From Armatimonadota bacterium (GTDB lineage Bacteria > Armatimonadota > Armatimonadia > Armatimonadales > Armatimonadaceae): a DNA stretch of 16,853 nucleotides. Every line of letters begins with the position of its first letter. Within the stretch, counting starts at the first letter, position 1. The DNA is taken from the NCBI GenBank assembly GCA_043754515.1, contig JAYUUO010000044.1:1-16853 (forward strand), in the 5' to 3' direction. The position numbers were made by a program, and so were the translations under genes. Shown one piece after another: positions 8,553 to 16,237 of this stretch. The notes beneath the pieces are model-generated. The model was not told the DNA's origin and made no database searches. It saw nothing but the letters and a program-made list of their open reading frames with translations.

Positions 8553-9845
8553 CTACTTCGCGCCGGGCGTCCAGCGGTAGGCGTGACTCAGTAGTTTATC
8601 TTTCGCCACAACTTTGCCGTTCAGTTTGATAACGCGGTACAGTTGGGCGTTAATTTTCCCGGCACCGAGCCGCTGAACCTTCGGTCGCAACACAATCTTA
8701 CGCCCTGGCACCGGCTTGCCCCACAAGGTCGCGGTCAGCCGTTTTTTGATGAACGTGTACTTGATGTAGACCGGCGCGGAAGTGTTGTTGATGAACTTAA
8801 GGTCCTTATGGCCGTACGCCACCGTCGCGTCCCGCCCGAGCGGCAGATACGCGACCGGGCGTGAGTGGGGGTTCACCTCCTTGATCGTCAAGCCCGCGAG
8901 AGCGGCGGCATTGAAAAGCGTACCGGTCACCTGCGAGACCCCGCCCCCGACGCCGTTTACCACCTTCGCATCCACGAAAACGTGTGCTTCCTTGAAGCCG
9001 CTCGCTTTGGTACGTTTGCCGACGGTCTCGTTCAGAGAAAACGTCTCCTTGGGCGAGAGCAAAGTGCCGTCAATCCGATCTACCGCCAGCGCGATGTTCG
9101 TGTCCCGCGCCTCGGTCCCGGACGCCTTCGTAGAAAACACGGCGAGTTGTCCCGTAATCCCCTTCAGTCTCTCGGCGGTCAGCACTGACGATTTTTTGCT
9201 TACGGAAACGGGGAAGCGGATCGTTGCCGGGTTCGCCGTGATCCCCTGCACGATGTGCTCCACCGTCGCCGGGACGTTCAACAAGCGTTCCGCCTGCCCC
9301 GGCTTGACAGAGAACTTGCCCTTCATGACCACCGGTTGGGCGTCCACCGCGTCCGTGTGAAACGTCTTTGCCACCGAGCCGAGGGTCGCCTTCAGTTTCG
9401 CCAGGTCCACCGCGAACCGCACCGGCGACGAGGATGTGAGTGAGAACCCCAACTGCTTGCGCGTCTTTCTAGTCGCTTTCGCGCCGTCGGTCAGCACGAT
9501 GAACTGCGCGAGCCGGTTTGACGTGTCGGCGACGGGAGCCGCTTTCGGGTTTGCCTTCGGCTTCGGGGTCGCCTTCGTTTTGGGATTCGCTGAGGACTGC
9601 GCCTTCGGCTTCGGCGAGGCTTGCGCTTTCGGCGAATCCTGGGCCTTCGGCGTGTCTTGCGCGGGAGTCACGGGTACTTTAGGCGTCGTTTGCGCCTTCG
9701 GACTCGCTTGCGAGGCGGGCGTTTTGGCGGGCGGCGTTTGCGAGGCGGGTGCTTCCGTCTGTGCCCCAGCGGCGGACAGCGATAATATGATGGCGGCGAG
9801 TGTCGCCCCGGTGGTGAACAGTCTGTATTGGTGATGTCGGTTCAT
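8553..9845 (-). CDS. Secreted VanW-domain protein
   Basis: Signal peptide ending AAGA-Q, a P/K/A/Q-rich linker, then RDTNIALA..IDGTLLSPKETFSLNETVG, GVGGGVSQVTGTLFNAA, HSRPVAYLPLGRDATV and DLKFINN. Confidence 0.92.
   Translation of the reverse strand: MNRHHQYRLFTTGATLAAIILSLSAAGAQTEAPASQTPPAKTPASQASPKAQTTPKVPVTPAQDTPKAQDSPKAQASPKPKAQSSANPKTKATPKPKANPKAAPVADTSNRLAQFIVLTDGAKATRKTRKQLGFSLTSSSPVRFAVDLAKLKATLGSVAKTFHTDAVDAQPVVMKGKFSVKPGQAERLLNVPATVEHIVQGITANPATIRFPVSVSKKSSVLTAERLKGITGQLAVFSTKASGTEARDTNIALAVDRIDGTLLSPKETFSLNETVGKRTKASGFKEAHVFVDAKVVNGVGGGVSQVTGTLFNAAALAGLTIKEVNPHSRPVAYLPLGRDATVAYGHKDLKFINNTSAPVYIKYTFIKKRLTATLWGKPVPGRKIVLRPKVQRLGAGKINAQLYRVIKLNGKVVAKDKLLSHAYRWTPGAK
9535..9760 (-). 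repeat. Low-complexity coding repeats of the (A/S)QxxPK type in the VanW linker
   Basis: SQASPK, AQTTPK, AQDTPK, AQDSPK and AQASPK, followed by NPKTKATPKPKANPK. Confidence 0.7.
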
Positions 9846-9883
9846 AGTGGATGGCTCGGCGCGATGTCGCTGCGGTGCCCCTT

Positions 9884-9931
9884 ATCATACCCGCTTGCCT
9901 TTCTGCGAAAACCGAACGGCGGCGGTATAAT
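9884..9931. promoter_or_regulatory. Divergent -10 boxes for the VanW and NTF2-like genes
   Basis: gggTATGAT on - (9884-9889) and cggTATAAT on + (9926-9931). Confidence 0.55.
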
Positions 9932-9956
9932 CGAGGCTGAAAAGATCACCCCCACT

Positions 9957-10532
9957 ATGCGTTTTCATTCCACGTCGCTTCTGACCACCCTGGTCTGTCT
10001 GGTGTTTGCCCCGGCCGCCGCGCCACTTGCGTTCGCGCAGGAGGCCGCGCCGCCCGCCAAGACCACGCCGCAGGCCGAGAAGGCGCGCCAGGAGATTCTC
10101 GCCCGGCTAAACCAGATCAGTAAGGAGCAGTCCGACAAGACTAAAGAACCGGGCGTCGTGCGCTCCGCCGCCGAGGTCGCTTATGCCTTCAAATACTACA
10201 CGAAAGATTATGTTTGTATCCTGGCTAACGGACAGAAGAAGTCATCCGCCGAGCTTCAGAGCGATATGGAGTCGCTCTTCAGTGCGGGGTGCCAGGCAAT
10301 CCGCCCGCAGTTCGACATATCCGGCATCACCACGAAGGGGAACACGGCCACCGTGGAGTCGAGTTTCAAGAGCATCCTCGAAATGCGCCGCTCCGATGGG
10401 ATCACCATGAACCTGGAGAACACGGGGCGCGGGCGCGATTTCTGGATCAAAACGGGGGGCCAGTGGTTCCTGAAGCGGTCTCGGGTCATCGAGACGAACA
10501 TGAAAGCGGAAGGACAGCCAGCCCCACAGTAG
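9957..10532 (+). CDS. Secreted NTF2/SnoaL-like (DUF4440-like) protein
   Basis: Signal peptide MRFHSTSLLTTLVCLVFAPAAAPLAFA-Q. Pattern YYTKDY...NGQK...ISGITTKGNTATV...RDFWIKTGGQWFLKRS is typical of NTF2-like folds. Confidence 0.75.
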   Translation: MRFHSTSLLTTLVCLVFAPAAAPLAFAQEAAPPAKTTPQAEKARQEILARLNQISKEQSDKTKEPGVVRSAAEVAYAFKYYTKDYVCILANGQKKSSAELQSDMESLFSAGCQAIRPQFDISGITTKGNTATVESSFKSILEMRRSDGITMNLENTGRGRDFWIKTGGQWFLKRSRVIETNMKAEGQPAPQ

Positions 10533-10547
10533 AAACCGCCGCCTTCG

Positions 10548-10562
10548 GGTACACTGATCGTA
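10548..10562. repeat. 15-bp motif GGTACACTGATCGTA, copy 2 (probable fsa/tal promoter)
   Basis: Exact match to 6979-6993. Ends about 40 nt upstream of ATG 10602, with a GGAGG RBS in between. Confidence 0.7.
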
Positions 10563-10601
10563 ACGCGCAACCGCGCTATTCAAACCGGAGGCGGCTTACC
10601 T

Positions 10602-11258
10602 ATGAAATTTTTTATTGACTCGGCGAACCTGGATGAGATCCGACAGGTCGCGGAGATGGGACTCGTGGACGGAGTGACGACGAACCCCAGCCTGCTCGCG
10701 AAAGAGGGGAAGGGCTTCAAAACCACGATCATAGAGATCTGCTCGATGATTGACGGGCCGGTATCCGCCGAGGTCGTGACGAGCGACAATGCGGAGCAGA
10801 TGCTTAAAGAAGCGCACATCGTTTCCGGCTGGCACAAGAACGTCGTCGTCAAAATCCCCTTCGGCCCGGAGGGCATGAAGGCCGTCCGAAAGCTGACCGA
10901 GGAGGGTATCAAAACCAATGTTACCGTGCTGTTCACCGTCACGCAGGCACTCATCGCGGCGAAGGCAGGCGCGACATTCCTCTCGAACTTCGTCGGGCGC
11001 GTGGACGACATTTCCAGCGAGGGAATGGTCGCCGTACGCGACTCGGTCAACATGGTGAACGAGTACGGATATGACTCGGAGGTGCTCGTCGCCTCCGTCC
11101 GCTCCCCGCAACACATTGTCGAGGCGGCCCGCGTCGGTGCCCACATCGCCACGATCCCGATGAAGGTATTGGAGCTAATGTACAAGCACCCCCTGACGAC
11201 GTCGAGCATCGCGCAGTTCACTACGGACTGGCAGAAGTCCGGTCTGAACTTCGACTAG
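10602..11258 (+). CDS. fsa: Transaldolase family 3B / fructose-6-phosphate aldolase
   Basis: MKFFIDSAN, GVTTNPSL, GPVSAEV, VVKIP (Schiff-base Lys), TNVT, FVGRVDD, ASVR and HPLT. 218 aa. Confidence 0.95.
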   Translation: MKFFIDSANLDEIRQVAEMGLVDGVTTNPSLLAKEGKGFKTTIIEICSMIDGPVSAEVVTSDNAEQMLKEAHIVSGWHKNVVVKIPFGPEGMKAVRKLTEEGIKTNVTVLFTVTQALIAAKAGATFLSNFVGRVDDISSEGMVAVRDSVNMVNEYGYDSEVLVASVRSPQHIVEAARVGAHIATIPMKVLELMYKHPLTTSSIAQFTTDWQKSGLNFD

Positions 11259-11271
11259 TCGGTATCAAGCG

Positions 11272-11320
11272 GGCGACGAAAAACGGGGGCGACCTGATGT
11301 CGCCCCCATTTTTCGTCGCC
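11272..11320. terminator. Bidirectional intrinsic terminator
   Basis: GGCGACGAAAAA-C-GGGGGCGAC-ctgat-GTCGCCCCC-A-TTTTTCGTCGCC between the convergent fsa and pnp genes. Confidence 0.85.
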
Positions 11321-11356
11321 GCGATACTACCGCCGGGGTCAAATGGGCGTTGCGTT

Positions 11357-11392
11357 CAAAATCCCCCTCTTTCATTCTGATGAAAGAGGGGG
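11357..11392 (-). terminator. Intrinsic terminator of pnp
   Basis: 13-bp perfect stem CCCCCTCTTTCAT/ATGAAAGAGGGGG with a 4-nt loop, followed on - by ATTTT. Confidence 0.8.
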
Positions 11393-11400
11393 GAGAGAGA

Positions 11401-13827
11401 CTACCGCCGGGGGCGGAACCGAGCGCGGGGCATGTCGTCCCCGTCCTCGTCAGTACTCCCTGGATTGGCGTTGCCGGGGTTAGACGCCATCGCGTCCATC
11501 ACCGCCGGTGTCACCGGGTCCGAAGGCGCGGGGCGATTACCGCCGTCACCCTGCGCCCCGCCGAACCGCCCGCCGCCGCGATCCCCGCCCCCGCCGAATC
11601 CGCCGCCGCCAGGTCGCCCGCCGCGATCCCCACCGCCGCTGAAACCGCCGCCGCCGGGCCGACCACCTCGGTCACCCCCGCGATCCCCGCCGGGACGCGC
11701 GCCCCGCGCCGGACGACCCGGCTCCGGATTCTCCGGGTCGAACGTCTCGTCGAGTCCCCGCGCGGTCGCGTTGATACGCCCCTGCCCGTCAATCTCGGTG
11801 ACGCGCACGCGGAGCGTGTCTCCGACCTTCAGGTTCTCGTCCGGCTTCGAGGGTGCCGGGTCCGCTATCTGAGAAACGTGTACCAGCGCGTCCTTGCCGG
11901 GGACGATCTCGACGAACGCGCCGAACTGAAGGAAGCGCGTGATCCTGCCCTCGTAAACCTCGCCCGGCGTGACGTTCTTCGTCATGGACTCGATGATCTT
12001 GCGAGCTTGCTCACCCGCGAGTCCGTCCACCGCCGCGATGTGCACAGTGCCGTCCTGCTCGATGTCAATCTTCGCTCCGGTGTCGGCGGTGATCTTCTTG
12101 ATCGTCTTGCCGCCCGGCCCGATGATCAGGCCGATCTGCTCCGGGTCAATCGAGATCGTGATGATGCGCGGCGCGTACCGTGACAGTTCGGGGCGGCTCT
12201 CGGAAATAACCGCGTTCATCTTGCCGAGGATGAACAGACGCGCGACTCGTGCCTGCTCGAACGCGGAGACGAACACGTGTCGCGGGATTCCCTGAATCTT
12301 GGTGTCGAGCTGGAGCGCGGTGATACCCGCCTCGGTCCCGGCGACCTTGAAGTCCATGTCACCCGAGAAGTCTTCCATTCCCTGGATGTCGGTCAGCACG
12401 GCGAACTTATCGCCTTCCTGGATCAGGCCCATCGCGATACCCGCGACCGGTGCCTTGATCGGCACGCCCGCGTCAAGAAGCGCTAGGGTCGAGCCGCACG
12501 TGGACGCCATCGAAGTGGAGCCGTTCGACTCCAGCACTTCCGACGTCAGGAGCATCGTGTAGGGCCAGACGTCGCGCCCGGGGATGACCGCTTGCAGGGC
12601 GCGTTCGGCGAGCATGCCGTGCCCGATCTCGCGGCGTCCCGGCCCGCGCGACGGCCGCACTTCGCCGACCGAGTAGGATGGGAAGTTGTAGTAATGGAGG
12701 TAGTGCTTGCTGCCTTCCTCCTCCAGCGTGTCCATCGTCTGCGCGTCGTCGCCGGAGCCGAGGGTCAGCGTTGTCAGCACCTGCGTCTGGCCGCGGGTGA
12801 ACAGGCCGGAGCCGTGGACGCGGGGCAGGAGTCCCACTTCGACATCAATCGGCCGGATCTCAGTTGACGTACGACCGTCGGGCCGCTTGTTTTCGGAGAC
12901 GATCAGGTCGCGCAATTGCTCCTTGACGACCTTATCCGCGCACTCCAGTAGGTTGCCACGGCGGTCGGGATATTCGTCCTTGAGCTTCTCGGCGACTTCC
13001 GCGATCAGAAGGTTCAGCCCGGCTTCGCGGGACGCCTTGTCAGGCTCCTGCAAGCCGCTACGCAGTTCGGCGGCGAACCGGTCGCGGATGACGGCGACCA
13101 GTTCCTTGTCCGGCTCGTGGTACTTGACCTCGGACTTCGGCTTCCCGGCCTTCGCGCGCAGGTCTTCGAGCATCGCGCACTGAAGCTTGATGACTTCGTG
13201 CGCGGCGTCGAACGCGGCGAGCATTTCGGTCTCGGATATTTCGCTACAACCGGCTTCGACCATCAGGATCGCTTTCGCAGTTCCGGCGACGACGAGGTCG
13301 AGCTTGGAGGCGCGTTGCTCCTCCTGGGACGGGTTTATGATAAACCCGCCGTCCGCGTCCAACGCGACGCGGACGCAACCGATCGGTCCGGCGAACGGGA
13401 TGTTGGACACGGTTAGCGCGGCGGACGCGGCGAGCACGGCGTAGACGTCGGGTAGGTGCGTCAGGTCAACGGAAAGCGGCATCGCGACGACCGAGGTGTC
13501 GTTGCGCATGCCCTTGTCGAACAGCGGGCGCAGGGGACGGTCCATCAGGCGCGAGGTCAGAATGGCGCGGTCGCTGGGGCGGCCGCCGCGCTTGATGAAG
13601 CCGCCGGGGATCTTGCCGATGGCGTATTTGCGCTCCTCGTAGTCGCAGGTGAGTGGGAAGAAGTCCATCCCGGGCTTCGGCTCGGCATTCATGGTGGCGG
13701 TGGCGAGGATCACGGTATCGCCGACAGTGATGGTGACGGCTCCGCCCGCTTGTTTGGCGAGTTTGCCGGATTCGATGGTGATGGTTCGTCCGCCGGGGAG
13801 TTCCATGGAGACGGTGGTGACTGACAT
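11401..13827 (-). CDS. pnp: Polyribonucleotide nucleotidyltransferase
   Basis: DFFPLT, KIPGGF, RLMDRPLRPLF, RPDGR, HGSGLFTRGQTQ, RREIGHG, ESNGSTSMAS and GDMDFKVAGT, followed by KH (IIGPGGK) and S1 domains and a Gly/Arg-rich tail. Confidence 0.99.
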   Translation of the reverse strand: MSVTTVSMELPGGRTITIESGKLAKQAGGAVTITVGDTVILATATMNAEPKPGMDFFPLTCDYEERKYAIGKIPGGFIKRGGRPSDRAILTSRLMDRPLRPLFDKGMRNDTSVVAMPLSVDLTHLPDVYAVLAASAALTVSNIPFAGPIGCVRVALDADGGFIINPSQEEQRASKLDLVVAGTAKAILMVEAGCSEISETEMLAAFDAAHEVIKLQCAMLEDLRAKAGKPKSEVKYHEPDKELVAVIRDRFAAELRSGLQEPDKASREAGLNLLIAEVAEKLKDEYPDRRGNLLECADKVVKEQLRDLIVSENKRPDGRTSTEIRPIDVEVGLLPRVHGSGLFTRGQTQVLTTLTLGSGDDAQTMDTLEEEGSKHYLHYYNFPSYSVGEVRPSRGPGRREIGHGMLAERALQAVIPGRDVWPYTMLLTSEVLESNGSTSMASTCGSTLALLDAGVPIKAPVAGIAMGLIQEGDKFAVLTDIQGMEDFSGDMDFKVAGTEAGITALQLDTKIQGIPRHVFVSAFEQARVARLFILGKMNAVISESRPELSRYAPRIITISIDPEQIGLIIGPGGKTIKKITADTGAKIDIEQDGTVHIAAVDGLAGEQARKIIESMTKNVTPGEVYEGRITRFLQFGAFVEIVPGKDALVHVSQIADPAPSKPDENLKVGDTLRVRVTEIDGQGRINATARGLDETFDPENPEPGRPARGARPGGDRGGDRGGRPGGGGFSGGGDRGGRPGGGGFGGGGDRGGGRFGGAQGDGGNRPAPSDPVTPAVMDAMASNPGNANPGSTDEDGDDMPRARFRPRR

Positions 13828-13963
13828 AACTGTTTTCTTTCTTTACGCGACGCTGCCCCTTCCCTCATGTGGCCGCGCCCGTTACTGTCTCGGGCGGGGC
13901 GCGTAAGGGGTTGTTTGTTCGGGGCGGTTAGGTCTGCCGGATTCAGCCCGGCTTGATGTGCGA

Positions 13964-14008
13964 ACGGCGGGCACCGGCGCGGCTTCTGGTTGCGCGGGTG
14001 TCCGCCGT
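13964..14008 (-). terminator. Hairpin downstream of rpsO (terminator or processing site)
   Basis: ACGGCGGGCACC (13964-13975) pairs with GGTGTCCGCCGT (13997-14008), with an inner GCGC/GCGC helix. Poor U-tract. Confidence 0.5.
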
Positions 14009-14048
14009 GTTGGTTCGGGTTAGTCTCGTACTACTTCGTGCCGGTAGA

Positions 14049-14324
14049 TTACAGGCGGGAGCGGATTCCGAGGCGGGCGACGAGGGTGCGGTACCGCTCG
14101 ATGTCTACCCCGGAGAGATAGGTGAGTAGTCGCTTGCGGCGACCGACGAGCATAAGGAGACCGCGCCGGGTGTGGTGGTCTTTCTTATGCAGGCGCAAGT
14201 GGTCGGTAAGCTGGGTGATGCGCGAGGTGAGCAGAGCGACCTGTACTTCGGGCGACCCGGTGTCGGATTCATGGGTTCGGTAATCGGAGATAACGGACGC
14301 GGCCGTTTCCACTGGCAAGGGCAT
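14049..14324 (-). CDS. rpsO: 30S ribosomal protein S15
   Basis: [43 protein letters not shown]. Canonical position upstream of pnp. Confidence 0.99.
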   Translation of the reverse strand: MPLPVETAASVISDYRTHESDTGSPEVQVALLTSRITQLTDHLRLHKKDHHTRRGLLMLVGRRKRLLTYLSGVDIERYRTLVARLGIRSRL

Positions 14325-14355
14325 GGGGTTTTCCTTTTAAGTTCTGATTTGGCGT

Positions 14356-14425
14356 CGGCTGCTACCTGCGCTTCCCTACCCCTAGGGAGAGCGTACGTCG
14401 CGTGGGACGGATGCCCCGGCAGCCG
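14356..14425 (-). promoter_or_regulatory. Structured rpsO 5' leader, candidate S15 autoregulatory element
   Basis: On the mRNA, CGGCUGC/GCAGCCG closes two hairpins: GGGGC-AUCC-GUCCC and CGCU(C)UCCCUA-GGGG-UAGGGA-AGCG. Confidence 0.55.
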
Positions 14426-14450
14426 CGATTTCGGCGTTTTTAACCGTGGT

Positions 14451-14479
14451 ATGTTATCGCGGGGTGGGGGCGTTGTCAA
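14451..14479 (-). promoter_or_regulatory. Sigma70 promoter of rpsO-pnp
   Basis: TTGACA (14479-14474), 17-bp spacer, TAACAT (14456-14451). Confidence 0.85.
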
Positions 14480-14515
14480 TAACGCGCTTTTTCCGGGAGT
14501 GTCTAGATTCGTATA

Positions 14516-15007
14516 ATGAAATCGGTGAGTTTGCTTAACAGATTGGGGTTGGGAGCGGCAGAAACGTCGCTCCCAACCCCACGCCAGCATGGAAAGATCT
14601 ACCGCCTGCGCCAGGGCCTCGATCCGGCGCGAGAAGCAACGGCTCTCGCGGGCGAGCCGCGCCGGATCAAGAAAACCGCCCGAAGCCACTTTCCTGTCGC
14701 TCAACCAATCCGCGCAACGCCCCCGGACTGGCCGACCGTCGCGCTTGACGGCGCGGTTCTCGCCGCGTACACAGAGACGACGGGCGAGACCTGGGACGCG
14801 GGGATGGGCCGAGGCAAGTTGCTGAGTGGATTACTCGCGTTGAACCTGCGACGGGCGACACGGGGCGGGACAGAAGCAGGAGCGGGAGCATATGCCGCGT
14901 CGGCGGCTGTCGAATCCGTGGTTTTGGACAACCGACAGGTCATTGAGCGACTATCACTGTGCCGACCGATGGGCGGTTTTCGCGCTGTTCTTCTTTCGCG
15001 AGAGTAG
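14516..15007 (+). pseudogene. Degraded C-terminal relic of an MmeI-like / Type IIG restriction-methyltransferase
   Basis: ALDGAVLAAY...KLLSGLLALNLRRA (about 14741-14857) resembles the remembered C-terminal consensus 'AHxxLDxAVxAAYGW....EILxRLLALNxERA'. Upstream LDPARE, IKK and a scrambled T-N..N-A/PDW match the preceding 'RTLTNLYNxRPxW'. No methyltransferase motifs remain. Confidence 0.6.
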
Positions 15008-16160
15008 TCCCCTCGTCCAGCAGTTTCAGGTACGCCGCGTAGGTGAAGATGCGGTCGCGCTGCTTCCCCGTAATCTCCTCGACAATACCCAACCCTTGTA
15101 AAAGTCGGATACCCAGCATGACCGTGGGATGTGTCACGCTCATCTCCCGCGCCGCTCTACGGATTGTCAGGAGCGGATGACGTTCCAAATACCTGTGGAC
15201 CCGCGCGGCGGCAGGGGATTGCTTCTTCAGCATGGCGACCCTGACGCGGTCTTCGTGAAACAGGGCGAGGATCTTTCGCGCCGAGCCAGCCGCCTGCTCC
15301 GCGACATCACGCACGCCGGTCAGAAAGAACAGTAACCACTCCTCCCAGTCACCCCGAAGCCTCACCAGACCGAGTAGCTCGTAGTACCGGGACCGGTTCT
15401 GCTTGAAGTAGTAGCTGAGATACAGGAGTGGGTCTTGTAGCGCGCCTTCCGCACAGAGGAGCAGGGTGATAAGTAGCCGCCCGACGCGTCCGTTGCCATC
15501 CAGGAATGGGTGGATCGTCTCAAACTGGACGTGCGCGAGGGCCGCTTTGATCAGGGTTGGCGTCCGTCGGGGAACATCGTGCAGAAAGTTTTCCAATGCG
15601 CCTATGCATTCCGGCACCAGCTCATGCGGGGGCGGTACGTAAGCGGCTTTGCCCGGACGTTGCCCGCCGATCCAGTTCTGGCTACGGCGGAACTCTCCCG
15701 GCTCCTTGGTGCTTCCGCGTCCTTTCGAGAGCAAAACTCCGTGGATCTCGCGGATGAGTCTCGCGGATAGCGGGAACCCGTCCTGTCGTATCCTCGTCAT
15801 GCCGAAGTTGAGCGCGGCGACGTAGTTTGACACTTCGATGACATCATCCACCGGCACACCCGGAACTTCCTCGAACTCGAACAACAGTAGATCGGAGAGC
15901 GACGATCGGGTTCCTTCGATCTGAGACGACAGAACCGCCTCTTTGCGAATGTAATAGTACAAGAACAGTGAGATGTCGGGTAGCAACAGCGACAAGCCAT
16001 CCAAACGGCCGATGGCGCGATTTGCTTGTTCCAGAAGGTCGAAAAGTTCGTCGCTCATCACGAGCGGTGGATCGGGAGGCAGGGGGAAGGGGATGAACGC
16101 TTGGAATGGTTCGTCACCCGTCGTTTGCTCGCGATAGTTGCCTGTTGCCCCGCGCTCCAT
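14940..16160 (-). CDS. Fic family protein (class II: Fic_N, Fic core, C-terminal HTH)
   Basis: Canonical HPFLDGNGRVGR, N-terminal inhibitory SSQIEG (SxxxEG), PGEFRRSQNWIG, and C-terminal winged-HTH-like LTIRRAAREMSVTHPTV...GIVEEITG. AAGGGG RBS. Confidence 0.96.
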   Translation of the reverse strand: MERGATGNYREQTTGDEPFQAFIPFPLPPDPPLVMSDELFDLLEQANRAIGRLDGLSLLLPDISLFLYYYIRKEAVLSSQIEGTRSSLSDLLLFEFEEVPGVPVDDVIEVSNYVAALNFGMTRIRQDGFPLSARLIREIHGVLLSKGRGSTKEPGEFRRSQNWIGGQRPGKAAYVPPPHELVPECIGALENFLHDVPRRTPTLIKAALAHVQFETIHPFLDGNGRVGRLLITLLLCAEGALQDPLLYLSYYFKQNRSRYYELLGLVRLRGDWEEWLLFFLTGVRDVAEQAAGSARKILALFHEDRVRVAMLKKQSPAAARVHRYLERHPLLTIRRAAREMSVTHPTVMLGIRLLQGLGIVEEITGKQRDRIFTYAAYLKLLDEGTTLAKEEQRENRPSVGTVIVAQ

Positions 16161-16169
16161 ATTTCCCCT

Positions 16170-16191
16170 TAATGTAAGAGTTCTTACATTA
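16170..16191. promoter_or_regulatory. Palindromic operator-like site in the fic leader
   Basis: TAATGTAAGA-GT-TCTTACATTA, perfect 10-bp arms, located between the promoter and the RBS. Confidence 0.7.
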
Positions 16192-16208
16192 GCCGATGTG
16201 CTATGAAA

Positions 16209-16237
16209 ATTATATGCCGTTTACTTTAATAGGGCAA
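16209..16237 (-). promoter_or_regulatory. Sigma70 promoter of fic
   Basis: TTGCCC (16237-16232), 17-bp spacer, TATAAT (16214-16209), in an AT-rich patch. Confidence 0.75.

Noticed and set aside
8553..9845. VanW gene as a vancomycin-resistance determinant
   Set aside because: VanW domains are widespread outside van clusters, and no vanHAX/vanRS genes are present.
11540..11700. GC-rich tandem repeats as a CRISPR array or VNTR
   Set aside because: They encode the PNPase Gly/Arg tail. No spacer structure and no cas genes.
1238..13906. Many long alternative-frame and antisense ORFs (e.g. 1238-1906, 2690-3511, 4875-5870, 10580-11221, 11350-12183)
   Set aside because: They are shadow ORFs of well-supported genes in GC-rich DNA and carry no recognisable motifs.
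14105..14704. 199-aa minus-strand ORF spanning rpsO and its promoter
   Set aside because: It overlaps rpsO out of frame and crosses a clear promoter and leader. The sequence is not protein-like.
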